A DNA stretch of 64,000 nt from Nitrospirota bacterium (GTDB lineage: Bacteria > Nitrospirota > Thermodesulfovibrionia > Thermodesulfovibrionales > Dissulfurispiraceae), in contig CAVPZX010000002.1 of assembly GCA_963710375.1 (NCBI GenBank), positions 768,001-832,000 of the forward strand. The letters run 5' to 3'. Every line of letters starts with the position of its first letter. The stretch's first letter is position 1. Both the position numbers and the translations under genes were made by a program. Shown piece after piece: positions 21,418-33,908 of this stretch. The notes under the pieces are model-generated. The model saw only the letters and a program-made list of their open reading frames with translations. It did not search any database and was not told the DNA's origin.

Positions 21418-24400
21418 GGCTGGACCGGGCGCTCTCCTCCGCCTGGGCGGACGGAATTTTTGGAACTGGCGCCGCGCCTGCGTTGCGCCAGCCGGTCAAA
21501 AGCAAGATAAATGACCGGCGTAGTATAGAGAGTAAGAATTTGGCTGAAAATAAGTCCGCCTACGATAGATATGCCGAGTGGACGGCGCAGCTCAGACCCC
21601 ATCCCGTGTCCCATAGCCAGCGGCAAAGCCCCTAGCAGAGCTGCCATTGTAGTCATCATGATCGGACGGAATCTCAATAAGCAGGCCTGATATATCGCCT
21701 CCTCAGGGCTTTTCCCCTCATTGCGCTCGGCCTCGAGTGCGAAGTTGACCATCATGATGCCGTTTTTCTTAACAATGCCGATAAGAAGAATTATGCCGAT
21801 TATGGCAATAACACTTAGTTCTGTGTGAAAGAGCATCAGCGACAGGACAGCGCCAACACCTGCCGATGGAAGGGTGGATATAATGGTGACCGGATGGATG
21901 TAGCTCTCATACAGCACCCCTAATACAATATAAACCGTTATCAATGCTGCCAGTATCAACAGCGGTTCATTGGTAAGAGAGACCTTGAAGGCCTGGACCG
22001 TGCCCTGGAAGCTGCCCCTGATGCTCGCGGGAAGATCCATTTTGCGCACCGCGTCCTCGACCGCCGTAACAGCCTCGCCGAGCGCCTTCCCGGGCGCCAG
22101 GTTGAACGACGCAGTCACCACAGGAAACTGGCCCTGCCTGTTGATTACAATCGGCCCTGTTGTTTCCGAAAAACGGGTAACAGCGCTGAGCGGCACCGGT
22201 CCGCCGTTGGTCCCGCTGAGATAGATTGACTTAAGTCCGTCAGTCCCTTTATTAAAATCGTTCATTACGGAGAGGACGACACGATACTGGTTCAACTCCG
22301 TAAAGATCGTGGATATCTGGCGCTGGCCAAAGGCGTCATAGAGAGTGTTGTCTATAACCTGGGGGGTGATGCCGAAGCGAGAGGCGGTTGTGCGGTCGAT
22401 ATCGATTTTGGCCCTCAGTCCCTTGTCCTGCTGGTCGCTGCTCACGTCGCGCAGTTCGGGAAGTCCTTTCAGCTTGTCAACAATCCTGGGCGCCAGACTA
22501 TTTAACTCACCCGGGTTGGGATCATCGAGAGTATACTGGAACTGCGTACGGCTGACCCTTGCGTCAACTGTGAGGTCCTGCACGGGCTGCATATATAGCG
22601 TGATGCCGTCGACTTTTGCCAGTTCGGGCTGAAGTCTGCGGATCACCTCGCTGGCAGTCTCATTCCTTTCTTCCAGGGGCTTCAGGTTGATCAGGACCCG
22701 CCCGCTGTTAAGAGTCGTATTGGTTCCATCCACACCTATGAACGTGGAGAGACTTTCTACAGCAGGGTCTTGAAGGATTACTTTAGCAAGGGCCTGTTGC
22801 CGCTCCGCCATTGCAGTGAAAGAGATTGATTGAGATGCTTCCGAAGTCCCCTGGACGGTCCCGGTGTCCTGCACAGGAAAAAAGCCCTTGGGAATAATAA
22901 TGTATAAAAGCACCGTCATCACCAAAGTGCTCAAAGCCACAACCAGAGTCGCCGTTTGGTGCTTTAACACCCACTTAAGAGTCCTTCCGTAAGCGGCTAT
23001 GATCCTTTCAAACATGAGCTGAGACGTATGATAAAACCTTCCCTGCCGCTCTACAGGGACATGCTTGAGTATTCTCGAACACATCATAGGCGTCAGGGTA
23101 AGGGAAACGACAGCCGAGATTAGTATAGTGACGCCGAGAGTTATGGCAAACTCCCTGAACAGCCTTCCCACCACGTCTCCCATAAACAGCAATGGTATCA
23201 GCACTGCAATGAGCGAGACTGTCAGGGAGAGGATAGTGAACCCGATCTGCTTAGACCCTTTTAAGGCCGCCTCAAGCGGTGTTTCCCCCTCTTCTACATA
23301 GCGGGTTATATTCTCGATCATGACAATCGCGTCATCCACGACAAAGCCGGTCGAAATCGTCAGGGCCATCAGCGAAAGGTTGTTCAGACTAAACCCCAGC
23401 AAGTACATTACCCCGAAGGTCCCGACAAGTGACACCGGGACTGCCACACTTGGAATAGTCGTGGCCGACAGGTTGCGGAGAAACACGAAAATGACGAGCA
23501 CGACCAGCACAACTGCGAGCATCAGTTCATACTGCACGTCACTGACCGACTCCCGGATAGTAGTGGTGCGGTCGGTCAGCACAGAGACCTTTATAGAGGA
23601 AGGCAAAGAGCTCTGCAACAGCGGCATCAGTTTCTTGATGCGGTCAACGACCTGTATAACATTAGCGCCGGGTTGCCGCTGGATGTTTACGATCACCGCA
23701 GGGGTAATATTCATCCAGGCCGCCTGATTCACGTTCTCCGTGTCATCGAAGGCATAGGCGACATCAGACAGGTGCACCGGAGCGTTGTTGCGATAGGCGA
23801 TGATAATAGGCCGATAGTCCATGGCTGAAAAAAGCTGGTCGTTAGCGTCGATGACAGAGGACTGCCGGGGGCCGTCAAAGCCTCCCTTCGCCTCATTTAC
23901 ATTCGCTGTAGTGATGGCCGTGCGCAGGTCTTCAAGGGACAGCCCGTAAGCGGCCAGTGCCTTCGGATTAGCTAATATCCGCACTGCTGGCCGCTGCCCG
24001 CCGCTGATACTGACAAGCCCAACTCCGGGCAGTTGAGATATCTTCTGTGCAAATCGGGTGTCGGCGAGATCTTCTATTTTTGGAAGCGGCAGTATGTTCG
24101 AGGTCAGTGCGAGGGTGAGGACCGGCGCATCTGCCGGGTTTACCTTGCTGTATACCGGAGGGTTCGGGAGATCCGGCGGAAGTAATGAAGAAGCAGCATT
24201 GATGGCTGCCTGGACCTCCTGCTCGGCTATATCCAGACTGATATCCAGACTGAACTGCAACGTAATTACCGAACTGCCTCCGGAGCTTGCCGACGTCATC
24301 TGGTTCAGTCCGGGCATCTGGCCTAACTGCCTCTCCAGCGGGGCTGTTACGGATGTGGCCATGACTTCGGAACTTGCCCCCGGGTAAAAGGTCCGGATCT

Positions 24401-24536
24401 GAATGGTCGGGTAATCGACCTGCGGCAAGGCAGATACAGGCAACTGGCGGTATGCAACAGCGCCGACCAGGACAATAGCGATCATAAGCAGCGTAGTCGC
24501 AATCGGCCGCATGATGAAGATGCGGGAAAAGTTCAT
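21414..24536 (-). CDS. mdtB: RND efflux permease MdtB/MuxB
   Basis: [20 protein letters not shown] and [14 protein letters not shown] motifs. Confidence 0.92.
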   Translation of the reverse strand: MNFSRIFIMRPIATTLLMIAIVLVGAVAYRQLPVSALPQVDYPTIQIRTFYPGASSEVMATSVTAPLERQLGQMPGLNQMTSASSGGSSVITLQFSLDISLDIAEQEVQAAINAASSLLPPDLPNPPVYSKVNPADAPVLTLALTSNILPLPKIEDLADTRFAQKISQLPGVGLVSISGGQRPAVRILANPKALAAYGLSLEDLRTAITTANVNEAKGGFDGPRQSSVIDANDQLFSAMDYRPIIIAYRNNAPVHLSDVAYAFDDTENVNQAAWMNITPAVIVNIQRQPGANVIQVVDRIKKLMPLLQSSLPSSIKVSVLTDRTTTIRESVSDVQYELMLAVVLVVLVIFVFLRNLSATTIPSVAVPVSLVGTFGVMYLLGFSLNNLSLMALTISTGFVVDDAIVMIENITRYVEEGETPLEAALKGSKQIGFTILSLTVSLIAVLIPLLFMGDVVGRLFREFAITLGVTILISAVVSLTLTPMMCSRILKHVPVERQGRFYHTSQLMFERIIAAYGRTLKWVLKHQTATLVVALSTLVMTVLLYIIIPKGFFPVQDTGTVQGTSEASQSISFTAMAERQQALAKVILQDPAVESLSTFIGVDGTNTTLNSGRVLINLKPLEERNETASEVIRRLQPELAKVDGITLYMQPVQDLTVDARVSRTQFQYTLDDPNPGELNSLAPRIVDKLKGLPELRDVSSDQQDKGLRAKIDIDRTTASRFGITPQVIDNTLYDAFGQRQISTIFTELNQYRVVLSVMNDFNKGTDGLKSIYLSGTNGGPVPLSAVTRFSETTGPIVINRQGQFPVVTASFNLAPGKALGEAVTAVEDAVRKMDLPASIRGSFQGTVQAFKVSLTNEPLLILAALITVYIVLGVLYESYIHPVTIISTLPSAGVGAVLSLMLFHTELSVIAIIGIILLIGIVKKNGIMMVNFALEAERNEGKSPEEAIYQACLLRFRPIMMTTMAALLGALPLAMGHGMGSELRRPLGISIVGGLIFSQILTLYTTPVIYLAFDRLAQRRRGASSKNSVRPGGGERPVQP

Positions 24537-25702
24537 TTTTGCTTCTTTGAGCCGTTCTGTCCCGGCAGCTCAACCTTGCTCCCTTCACGCAGCCTTTCAG
24601 CGCCGTCAATTACTACAATCTCGTCAGGTGACAGCCCTGACGTAATTGACACTTGACCCTCTTCGGATACACCTATAGTGACCGGACGCACCTCGGCAGT
24701 GCGGTCGGCCTTCACCACAAAAACATATGTTCCCTGGGGTCCACGTTGAATGGAGGATTCAGGTATAATCACAGCCCCTTTCTTTACTTCCACAAGGAGC
24801 CGGGCATTGACGAACTGGTTAGGGAATAGCCGGTTGTCGTTGTTGGGGAATACAGCCTTGAGTTTGACAGTGCCGGTAGTCGTGTCAATCTGGTTGTCTA
24901 CTGTCAGCAAGTATCCACTGGCAAGTTTCTGTTTTTGTTCCCTGTCGAATGCATCGACCTGAAGACGCGCCCCGGTTCTGAGCTTGCCTAAGACCTGCGA
25001 GAGATTGTCCTCGGGTATGGGAAAAATAACAGCAATGGGCTGAAGTTGTGTGATTACCACAATACCGGTGGTAGCGGTTGTTTGAATGATGTTACCGGGG
25101 TCTACCAGGCGCAGCCCGACTCTTCCGGTGATCGGCGAGGTGATGCGGGAATATATCAGTTGCAATTTGGCGTTTTCTATATTACCTTGATCAGTCTTGA
25201 CAGCACCTTCATATTGGCGTACCAGATATTCCTGGGTATCCAATTGCTGTTTTGGGATCGAATCCTGTTTTGCCAGTATCCTGTAGCGCTCGAGATCGAT
25301 CCTGGCATTCTGCAGCAATGCCAGGTCACGGATCAGTTGACCCTCTGCCTGGGTCAACTCTGCTTCGTAGGGCCGCGGGTCGATCTCGGCCAGCAGCTCA
25401 CCGCTTTTGACAATCTGACCCTCCCTGAACAAGACCTTCATCAGTTGTCCCTCTACACGGCTCTGTACGGTTACAGTATTGAGCGAAGTGACCGTGCCAA
25501 GCCCGGTAATATAAACACCGATGTCGCCCTTCTTCGCTGCCGCTGCCACAACGGGTACGCCTCTGGCAGCTGCGGAACTACCCTGTTTAGCCGTAGGAGA
25601 TTGCGCTCTGCCCGACCTGGCCAGAAAGACATATGCCCCGATAAGGAGAAAACAAACCAGTAGAAGTACGATCCACCAGCGCCGGTATAACGCATTTAAC
25701 AT
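24533..25702 (-). CDS. mdtA: RND membrane fusion protein MdtA/MuxA
   Basis: N-terminal [27 protein letters not shown] and NQIDTTTGT motifs. Confidence 0.92.
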   Translation of the reverse strand: MLNALYRRWWIVLLLVCFLLIGAYVFLARSGRAQSPTAKQGSSAAARGVPVVAAAAKKGDIGVYITGLGTVTSLNTVTVQSRVEGQLMKVLFREGQIVKSGELLAEIDPRPYEAELTQAEGQLIRDLALLQNARIDLERYRILAKQDSIPKQQLDTQEYLVRQYEGAVKTDQGNIENAKLQLIYSRITSPITGRVGLRLVDPGNIIQTTATTGIVVITQLQPIAVIFPIPEDNLSQVLGKLRTGARLQVDAFDREQKQKLASGYLLTVDNQIDTTTGTVKLKAVFPNNDNRLFPNQFVNARLLVEVKKGAVIIPESSIQRGPQGTYVFVVKADRTAEVRPVTIGVSEEGQVSITSGLSPDEIVVIDGAERLREGSKVELPGQNGSKKQK

Positions 25703-25899
25703 TACTTTCCCCTCCCGAATGTAGCCGCTTAATTGTACAACGATTAAGGAGCTGATTTACCCGAACAATGGGATATATATAACTATAGACGTATTTTGGT
25801 GTCGGAAAGTTACATTTTCCTGCAATTTACCGCGTGAAACATACCGGCATATAACCTTGTGCACACCCTGATCTTCCTCAGTGATTCCAGAAAATTCTG

Positions 25900-25954
25900 A
25901 TGTAAGTGCTTACTTACATGAATTACTTTATAGCAGCAGCCTGATGATTGTCAA
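25900..25954 (-). promoter_or_regulatory. Putative mdt operon sigma70 promoter with a palindromic operator
   Basis: TTGACA (25954-25949), TATAAA/TAAAGT -10, then the perfect inverted repeat ATGTAAGT-N4-ACTTACAT at 25900-25919. Confidence 0.6.
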
Positions 25955-25995
25955 TCAAACAGAAGAGGAACAAACCTGCCTTTATAAAAAATCAA

Positions 25996-27975
25996 CTACA
26001 GCCTCCCCTTAATAAGATCAGCCACCACTGAAGGATCCGCAAGTGTCGAGGTATCGCCGACATATTCTATGTCGCCTGCTGCAATCTTTCCGAGAACTCT
26101 CCTCATAATCTTGCCGCTCCTGGTCTTCGGCAGGCTTGAAACAAACTGCAATTTGTCAGGGCTTGCTAGTGAGCCTATGACCGCCCGCACGTGTCCCAGA
26201 AGTATTTTTTTAAGCTCTTCAGAAGGCTGCTGTCCACCTTTGAGCGTCACATAAACGTAAATCCCCTCACCCTTAATATCATGCGGGAACCCAACAACCG
26301 CTGCCTCGGCAACAGCTTCGTGGCTTGCCAAAGCTGACTCCACTTCAGCCGTACCAAGCCTGTCTCCCGAAATGTTGATTACATCATCACTTCTTCCCGT
26401 AAACCGGTAATCACCGTCCTCATCGCAACGGGCGCCATCGCCCGTGAAATACGTGCCCGGGAACCTTGAAAAATAGATTTCTTTCATCCGTTTATTTTCC
26501 GGGTCACCATAAGTACCCCTAATCATACCCGGCCATGGTTTGCGAATCACAAGATGGCCTGCCTCATTTGGACCTGCGGGTGAACCATCCTCTTTCAGGA
26601 TCGCAGGAACAATGCCGGGGAATGGCCTGTTGGCAGAGCCGGGCTTCATTGTCATTGCACCGGGAAGCGGCGTTACAAGAATGCCGCCGGTCTCGGTCTG
26701 CAACCAGGTGTTGACAATCGGGAGCCTGCCCTTTCCAATATATGAGTGATACCATAGCCAAGCCTCGGGACTTATCGGTTCTCCAGCAGTACCGATCAAT
26801 CGCAAGGAAGAGAGGTCGTGTTTCGCAACCCATTTTTCGCCCCCTCTCATAAGTGCCCTTATTGCAGCGGGAGAGGCGTAAAAGATATTCACGCGGTGCT
26901 TGTCGCAAATATCCCACAATCTCCCCGGATCGGGGTATGTAGGAATACCCTCGAACATGAGACTTGTTGCGCCGCTGCTCAGCGGCCCGTACACAATGTA
27001 ACTGTGTCCGGTGACCCAGCCTATATCTGAGGTGCAGAAATGAACGTCCTCCTCATGGTAATCGAATATCCATTTGAAGGTAAGGTTTGTATACAGCATG
27101 TAACCGCCTGTCGTATGTATAACCCCTTTCGGTTTTCCGGTTGAGCCGGAAGCATACAAAATAAAAAGAGGGTCTTCCGCATCCATCTCTTCAGGCTTGC
27201 AATAATTTCCAATGCCGGCAGCATTCATCTCGTCGTGCCACCATAAATCTCTCTCCGGCTCCATATCAATGCCGACTGTTCTTCTTACCACTATCACTTT
27301 TTCAACAGCGGGACATTCCTGCAGGGCAACATCGCAATTTGTCTTGAGAGGCACCTGGCGGCCACCCTTGATGCCCATGTCGGAAGTTATGACGAGCGTG
27401 GCTTTGCAGTCCTGTACCCTGTATTTGAGCGCGTTGGCACTAAAACCGCTGAAGACGATGCAGTGAATTGCTCCTATCCTCGCACAGGCAAGCATGGAAA
27501 TAGCAAGTTCGGGGACCATAGGCAGGTAAATAACGACTCTATCGCCTTTCTTCACTCCCTGCTTCTTGAGGACATTGGCAAACCTGTTGACCTCATAATA
27601 AAGCTGCTGATAGGTATACGTCTTGTAGCTGCCGTCGTCAGACTCCCATATCAACGCTGCCTTATTCCGAACAGGGGTGTTGATAAACCTGTCAAGGCAA
27701 TTGTACGACGCATTCAATTTGCCGCCGATAAACCACTTTATTTCCGGCTTTTCAAAGCTCCACTCAAGCACCTTGTCCCATTTGTTAAACCAGGCTAGCT
27801 GCTTTTCCGCCATTTCAGACCAGAACCCTTCAGGGTCTTCCACCGATCTTTTATATATCTTCTCATACTCTTCCATGCTTCTGATATAAGCATTGCGGCT
27901 GAATTCAGGTGATGGGGGAAAGGTCATTTTTTCAGCGGACAAAACTTCATTGCTCTCGTTCAACATCCCTGCCAC
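25996..27975 (-). CDS. acs: AMP-forming acetyl/acyl-CoA synthetase, divergent paralogue
   Basis: Acs-family sequence with LPKTRSGKIMRR, but non-canonical motifs (YASGSTGKPKG, GTAGEPI, NTWLQTE). Confidence 0.85.
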   Translation of the reverse strand: MAGMLNESNEVLSAEKMTFPPSPEFSRNAYIRSMEEYEKIYKRSVEDPEGFWSEMAEKQLAWFNKWDKVLEWSFEKPEIKWFIGGKLNASYNCLDRFINTPVRNKAALIWESDDGSYKTYTYQQLYYEVNRFANVLKKQGVKKGDRVVIYLPMVPELAISMLACARIGAIHCIVFSGFSANALKYRVQDCKATLVITSDMGIKGGRQVPLKTNCDVALQECPAVEKVIVVRRTVGIDMEPERDLWWHDEMNAAGIGNYCKPEEMDAEDPLFILYASGSTGKPKGVIHTTGGYMLYTNLTFKWIFDYHEEDVHFCTSDIGWVTGHSYIVYGPLSSGATSLMFEGIPTYPDPGRLWDICDKHRVNIFYASPAAIRALMRGGEKWVAKHDLSSLRLIGTAGEPISPEAWLWYHSYIGKGRLPIVNTWLQTETGGILVTPLPGAMTMKPGSANRPFPGIVPAILKEDGSPAGPNEAGHLVIRKPWPGMIRGTYGDPENKRMKEIYFSRFPGTYFTGDGARCDEDGDYRFTGRSDDVINISGDRLGTAEVESALASHEAVAEAAVVGFPHDIKGEGIYVYVTLKGGQQPSEELKKILLGHVRAVIGSLASPDKLQFVSSLPKTRSGKIMRRVLGKIAAGDIEYVGDTSTLADPSVVADLIKGRL

Positions 27976-28136
27976 CTCCCGGTTTTACAGATACGTGAGA
28001 ATAAGCTTTATCTTCCAGAGACTACTAATTTAATCCTTCAATCACATTATGTCAAATTGATCACAATTATTTCGGGTAACAAGATGGAGGCACAGAAAGC
28101 TAATTGCTATCGAAGAAAAACGGCACCACCAATGTC

Positions 28137-29855
28137 TTATTTCATTCCGATACCGACGTATATCCTGAGCTTTTCATCGTCAAACTTAGTTTCCGCTTCT
28201 TTCTCGGGCGACAAGAGAGATACAAGAATACCTGTCAGGAACGAAAGCCCCATTGATATCAAGGCAGGGTTGTTCATTGGGAATATCGCTTTAGGCATGG
28301 CAGAATTCAAATCTTTTCTCTTTGCGTCTGCCAGAGTCCTTTCGCCGTCTATAGCAGCATCGATTTTCATCAGGTTCCTTCCGGCAGCCTTCTGTTTTTC
28401 GAGCGCTTCGATCTTCTGTTTCGAGCCTGTTTCCAACTCCTTTATCTGTTTTTCAACAGAGGCCTTGTCATCTTTGTGTATAACGTCTACCCATACGGCA
28501 GGACCAAGTATTATCAAACCAGTGGCAACTATGAGACCTGTATAGAGGCTTGTCACTGCCCCCAACGTGGTAAATTTCCTCCAGGTGACCGACAGCAGCA
28601 GGGCGGGAAAATTAGCGCTTGCGGCAACGGCAAAAGCAAAACCGACCATGATCGCAACATTCTGACCCTTAAACAATATTCCCAAAAAAATCGCCGTTAT
28701 GCCGAGTCCTATGGTTGCGCTCTTCGAAACCTTCACTTCTTCTTTTTCGTTTGCAGCGCCGCGCCGCACCACTCCTATATAAAGATCTTGAGAGAGTGCC
28801 GAAGCCCCGGCCAGGGTAAGTCCTGCAACAACGGCAAGAATAGTGGCAAAGCCGACTGCTGCGAGGAACCCGAGGAACGGCGTTCCGCCGAGGAATTCTG
28901 CGAGTAGCGGGCCAGCCATGTTTCCCCCTTTGTCAACTCCCATAATCACCTTCTGGGTAACGAGCACGGCTGCACCAAATCCAATAGTGACGGTAAGTAT
29001 ATAAAAATAGCCTATAAACCCTGTTGCATAAAAGACCGACTTCCTCGCCTCTTTAATATCAGGCACGGTATAGAACCTCATCAGAATGTGAGGGAGCCCT
29101 GCTGTGCCAAACATAAGTGCAAGGCCGAGTGAAAATGCCTCCAGGGGGCTTGTAATCAGGCCTCCCGGCTCAAGGAACTTGTCCCCGTACATTTTGGATG
29201 CCTGCCCGAAAAGCTCACCATAGCTGAATCCAAATTGCGCAAGCGTGAGCAAAACAAGGATAGTAGCTCCGCCGAGCAGCAATACAGCTTTAATAATCTG
29301 GACCCATGTCGTCCCAAGCATGCCTCCGAAAAGAACGTATGAAATCATCAGTATGCCCACCACGACAAGCGCAGTCTCGTAAGGCACGCCGAAGATGAAT
29401 TTGACAAGCGTTCCAGCACCGACCATTTGTGCAATCAGATAAAAAAGAATAGTTACGAGTGAACCTGATGCAGCCGCAGCCCTAACGGGCCGCTGTTTCA
29501 ACCTGTAAGCTACAACATCGGCAAACGTATATTTCCCGAGATTTCTCAGCGGCTCGGAAATAAGGAACATGATAATAGGCCAACCGGCCAGCCAGCCTAC
29601 GGAATAGATAAGCCCGTCATATCCTTTGGTAGAAACCAGGCCTGCTATGCCTAAAAAAGATGCCGCGCTCATGTAATCCCCGGCGAGCGCAAGCCCGTTC
29701 TGAAAACCTGTGACGCTTCTGCCGGCGGAATAAAATTCTTCGGTCGTCCTCGTACGCTTCGCAGCCCAGTAAGTAATGCCAAGGGTCACGATCACGAAAA
29801 AGAGAAAAAATAATATTGACGTGATATGCGCGTGCCCAATAGCTGCCAGTTCCAT
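28137..29855 (-). CDS. actP: Cation/acetate symporter ActP (SSS family)
   Basis: [35 protein letters not shown] and AASANFP motifs. Confidence 0.93.
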   Translation of the reverse strand: MELAAIGHAHITSILFFLFFVIVTLGITYWAAKRTRTTEEFYSAGRSVTGFQNGLALAGDYMSAASFLGIAGLVSTKGYDGLIYSVGWLAGWPIIMFLISEPLRNLGKYTFADVVAYRLKQRPVRAAAASGSLVTILFYLIAQMVGAGTLVKFIFGVPYETALVVVGILMISYVLFGGMLGTTWVQIIKAVLLLGGATILVLLTLAQFGFSYGELFGQASKMYGDKFLEPGGLITSPLEAFSLGLALMFGTAGLPHILMRFYTVPDIKEARKSVFYATGFIGYFYILTVTIGFGAAVLVTQKVIMGVDKGGNMAGPLLAEFLGGTPFLGFLAAVGFATILAVVAGLTLAGASALSQDLYIGVVRRGAANEKEEVKVSKSATIGLGITAIFLGILFKGQNVAIMVGFAFAVAASANFPALLLSVTWRKFTTLGAVTSLYTGLIVATGLIILGPAVWVDVIHKDDKASVEKQIKELETGSKQKIEALEKQKAAGRNLMKIDAAIDGERTLADAKRKDLNSAMPKAIFPMNNPALISMGLSFLTGILVSLLSPEKEAETKFDDEKLRIYVGIGMK

Positions 29856-30163
29856 TATTGACCTCTTGCCTTATCTCTTACCTTTTTTACCAATACATCG
29901 TATTTTTTATTGGCCCACAGTATATAAACCCCGGTGAGCATCCATGAAAGAAGGATAATGCCGACCGCAACAGGTATTCCAACAGTAATGGCTCCGGAGA
30001 GCTTTGCAGACAGGAATGGTTTATTGAAAGCAATAAGCGCAACAAATCCGAAATAGAGTACCAGCTCCACTACTGCGAGAACCAGCGATATAGTGTTTTT
30101 CTGCCCTGACAAGGACTTGATATCGGCATCGTCAAGGATGTTCGTTTTGCGCGTCATCTCCAC
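29855..30163 (-). CDS. DUF485/YjcH small membrane partner of ActP
   Basis: Two TMs; [11 protein letters not shown] and [10 protein letters not shown] motifs; coupled to actP. Confidence 0.88.
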   Translation of the reverse strand: MEMTRKTNILDDADIKSLSGQKNTISLVLAVVELVLYFGFVALIAFNKPFLSAKLSGAITVGIPVAVGIILLSWMLTGVYILWANKKYDVLVKKVRDKARGQ

Positions 30164-30176
30164 CCGCCGATAAGAG

Positions 30177-30204
30177 AGGGGCTGGAAAGACTGCTCCAGC
30201 CCCT
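30177..30204 (-). terminator. GC-rich hairpin between acs and DUF485 (terminator or mRNA-stabilising stem)
   Basis: aggggctgga-N8-tccagcccct, a 10-bp stem with only a weak U tract. Confidence 0.5.
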
Positions 30205-30254
30205 TCCATTTGAATCGTACGTTTGCGTAATCACTCCGGTTTCGTTTTCAGATT

Positions 30255-32316
30255 CTAAAACTCGACCTTGCCCTCTCCCTGCACCATTTTTGTAATGAAC
30301 TCGACAATTTCGGGATTGGCCAATGTCATAACATCGCCCACATCCGTGCCGTTGGAAATAGAGCCGAGTACTCTGCGCATGATCTTTCCTGAGCGCGTCT
30401 TCGGCATATCGGGCACAATCCAGACCTTTCTCGGTCTTGCAATAGCTCCGATTTCCGTGACAATGGCATTTGATATTTTCTTGGCAAGTTCCTCGCTTGC
30501 CTTGAGCCCGGGTTTCAAAGCAATATACAGATCAGGTTCTTTCCCTTTTATTTCATGTTTCACAGGAACAACTGCAGCTTCCGCGACTTCAGGAACAGTG
30601 AGCGCAGCAGACTCGATTTCCTTTGTCCCAAGTCTGTGTCCGGAAACATTGATAACATCGTCGATCCTGCCCAGGATGCGGACATACCCGTCAGCAGCCA
30701 CCACTGCGGCGTCACCCGCGAGATACGGCCAATCCCGCCAATCTTTACTCTTCGGGTTCTTGCAGTACCTTTCATAATACGTCTTAACGTAGCGGTCACG
30801 GTCGCCCCAGATAGTCTGGAAACTGCCGGGCCAGGGGTTCTGGATGCATATATTCCCCGCCTTGCCCGAGCCGGCCGGGACTACGACTCCGTCATTGTCA
30901 TAAACAATGGGGTGAATGCCGGGCACGCCTGGACCGGCGCTGCCTGGCTTCATCGGCTTTATAGCCGGTATGGTGCTGCAGAGGAACCCGCCGTTTTCTG
31001 TCTGCCACCAGGTATCTACGATAGCTGCCTCGTTCTTACCCACCTCGTGATAATACCACTTCCATACTTCAGGCTCGATAGGTTCTCCAACTGTAGTCAT
31101 ATGCTTGAAATGGTAATTATACTTCGCAGGCTCATCCGGACCTACCTTTCTCAGCGCCCTGATGGCGGTAGGCGCCGTATGGAAGATGTTGATATCAAGG
31201 TTCTGGGCAATCCGCCAGGGTCTGCCTGGGTCCGGATATGTCGGGACGCCTTCGTAAATAACACTTGAGGCGCACAATGCCAACGGGCCATAGACAATAT
31301 ATGAATGCCCGGTGATCCATCCGATATCGGCCATACACCAGTAAACATCTTCCGGATGGATGTCCTGTATATATTTTGATGTTCCGGTTACATAAGCAAG
31401 ATAACCGCCCGTGCTGTGCTGGCAACCTTTGGGCTTTCCGGTTGTGCCGCTGGTATACATCAGGAAAAGCGGCGCTTCGGCAGGCATCGGCACCGGATCA
31501 ATACGGGCGCCGTAATACTTCTTCAGCAGCTCGTTGACAAAGAAATCGCGGCCCTCCACCATAGGTGTCTTTGCAGAATATTTGCCTGGATAGCGCTGCC
31601 ATACCAATACCTTTTTAATCTTCTGGCCATCTTTTGCAGCGTCTGCAACAGCAATATCCGCTTTTTCCTTGTGATCAATGAGTCTGACCGCTCCTGTAAT
31701 AGGCGTCCATCGTTATAAGAAATTCGCTTCCTGAGTCGACGATCCTGTCCGCGCACGCCCTTCCGCTGAACCCGCCGAAGACCTGTGAATGGATAATGCC
31801 GAGCCTTGCGCATGCAAGCATTGTGATGGGCAGCTCAGCAACCATCGGCAAGTGCAGTGTCACCCTGTCCCCTGCCTTAAGGCCCAACTCATCTCTAAGA
31901 ATTGCCGCAAACTCGTTCACCCTGACATACAGTTCCTGATAGGTAACATGCTGTACTGCCTCACTCTCGTTTTCCGAGACAAAATGGATTGCCGTCTTGT
32001 TCTTGTTCTTGGCCAGGTGCCTGTCTATACAATTGTAGCTTGCATTGATCTTTCCTCCCACAAACCACTTCCAACATGGCGCGTCACTGGTATCAAGGGT
32101 TGTATGCCAATACTCGTACCAGGTCAGCAGATCGGCATATTCCTTGAAACAATTGGGAAAGTTCTTCAGCGCAAACCGATCGTAAACTGCCGGATCCGTC
32201 ACGTTCGCCTGAGCAATAAATTTTGCTGTGGGATAGAAAAACTGCTCTTCACCCCAATGCACCGCAATTTCAGCTTCAGATGTTTCAAGTACTTCTTTCT
32301 TGTTTTTTTCAGCCAC
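30255..32316 (-). CDS. acs: Acetyl-CoA synthetase (canonical motifs), +1 frameshift at ~31683
   Basis: YTSGTTGKPKG, VDTWWQTE and PKTRSGK motifs. The two ORF halves join if one base at 31680-31686 is removed; span is 2062 = 3n+1. Confidence 0.9.
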
Positions 32317-32375
32317 GGCTTTTTCCTCCTTGAATCATTAGTTAGTTTATTAATGCGAGTTATGCTCGCGTTTTA

Positions 32376-33692
32376 TCATGCTGCTGCTTGCGATCTTGCG
32401 GACCAACTCGGTCGCTGGGTAATTCTGCAAAGGACAACCGCAACGATCAGCACAGCTGCCGAAAGATAGAAGGCATAATCGAGACTGCCGGTAATGTCCT
32501 TGATCGTTCCAGCCAGTCTGGCCATGAAGAAACCAAGTCCCCACCCCATAAATACCAGTCCGTAGTTGAAACCGAGGTTCTTTGCGCCGTAAAAATCCGC
32601 CGTAAATGCAGGCAGGAGAGAAAGTCCGCCGCCGTACTGCCAGTAAGCTATGCCTACTGCCAGGAACAGTAAGAATACGTTCTTGGAAGCGATAATGGAA
32701 GGCATTGCAAAGAGACACAAGGCAGAAACAATGCAGTTTAAAGTGTATGCATTAGCACGGCCTATTTTATCTGAATACAGCCCTGTGCCAACCCTGCCCA
32801 GTGCATTGATAGCTCCTCCGAAAGAGACCAGTATCCAGGCATTTAACGCAAAGAAAGGTATCCCTTTTGCAGTTGTTGCCAATATCCCGGCTGCATTTGC
32901 AATAATCATGAGGCCTGATTGAGTCGAACCGATGAACAGGACAACTAATGCATAGAACTGCCACGTCTTGGCCATTTCCCCAGCAGACCAGTCATGTGCC
33001 GACTGCTTCTTTGCTGTGGCTGCAGCTGATGCTGCAGTTACTCCTTTGGCAGCCGGCGGTACATATCCCGTTGGCGGCCATGCGAGGAGCTGTCCTGCAA
33101 CAACGACGACGATAGCAAACAAAATACCGAGGGCGATAAAACTCCCTGAAATACCATAGCTGTCGATCAGACTTTTTGCCAGTGGAGCAATATAAAGCGC
33201 TGCGCCGCCGTAACCGCCGACAACAAGTCCGGCAACCAGTCCGCGTTTATGTGGACCAAACCACTTTAGTGCAGCAGGTGTAGGAGCTGCATAGCCTATA
33301 CCCATGCCGATGCCGCCAAGAATACCGAAACCAATAATAAGTCCATTATAGCTCTTCATCAAACCGGCGAGTATGCATCCTGCCGCAAGGCATAGCCCCC
33401 CGAGTGTTGCTCCGACTTTGGGCCCGTATTTGTCCTGGATACGCCCGCCCAAAATCATAAATATTGCAAAAATAATGACGCACAAGGAAAATGGGGTTGC
33501 TGCCTCTGCATTGGTAAGGTAAGTCCAACCCTCATTGATCCCGGTCATAGGCTGGCCTGCCTGTTTTACATTGATCAGTGCCGCAGCCCATACACTCCAC
33601 GCATAAAGGATTCCGAGACACAGGTTTATTGCCGTTCCTGCGAAAGTGACTACCCATGCTTTGGCCGGCACTTTATTTTCTTCTGATGTCAT
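32376..33692 (-). CDS. OFA-family (oxalate/formate/monocarboxylate) MFS transporter
   Basis: LGILYAWSV, GRIQDKYGP and KWFGPHKRGL motifs; about 12 TMs; RBS AAGGAGGAG. Confidence 0.85.
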   Translation of the reverse strand: MTSEENKVPAKAWVVTFAGTAINLCLGILYAWSVWAAALINVKQAGQPMTGINEGWTYLTNAEAATPFSLCVIIFAIFMILGGRIQDKYGPKVGATLGGLCLAAGCILAGLMKSYNGLIIGFGILGGIGMGIGYAAPTPAALKWFGPHKRGLVAGLVVGGYGGAALYIAPLAKSLIDSYGISGSFIALGILFAIVVVVAGQLLAWPPTGYVPPAAKGVTAASAAATAKKQSAHDWSAGEMAKTWQFYALVVLFIGSTQSGLMIIANAAGILATTAKGIPFFALNAWILVSFGGAINALGRVGTGLYSDKIGRANAYTLNCIVSALCLFAMPSIIASKNVFLLFLAVGIAYWQYGGGLSLLPAFTADFYGAKNLGFNYGLVFMGWGLGFFMARLAGTIKDITGSLDYAFYLSAAVLIVAVVLCRITQRPSWSARSQAAA

Positions 33693-33908
33693 TTTCTCCT
33701 CCTTACAGGATATAAATTTGTGCAACATCCTCAACCGCATTTCCAAAAAATTGCCTGACTGTTTTGCCAAAAAAGAAATTCCTGCCGATCACCCCCTTTA
33801 ACGGGCATAGAATCACGGAGCGGAATTTCCCCACCGGTATGTTTTCGTTCATCCCGGCTGCCGCATCTCTTTGATCCATGCAAGATTTCCGTACATGCTG
33901 TATGCTCT

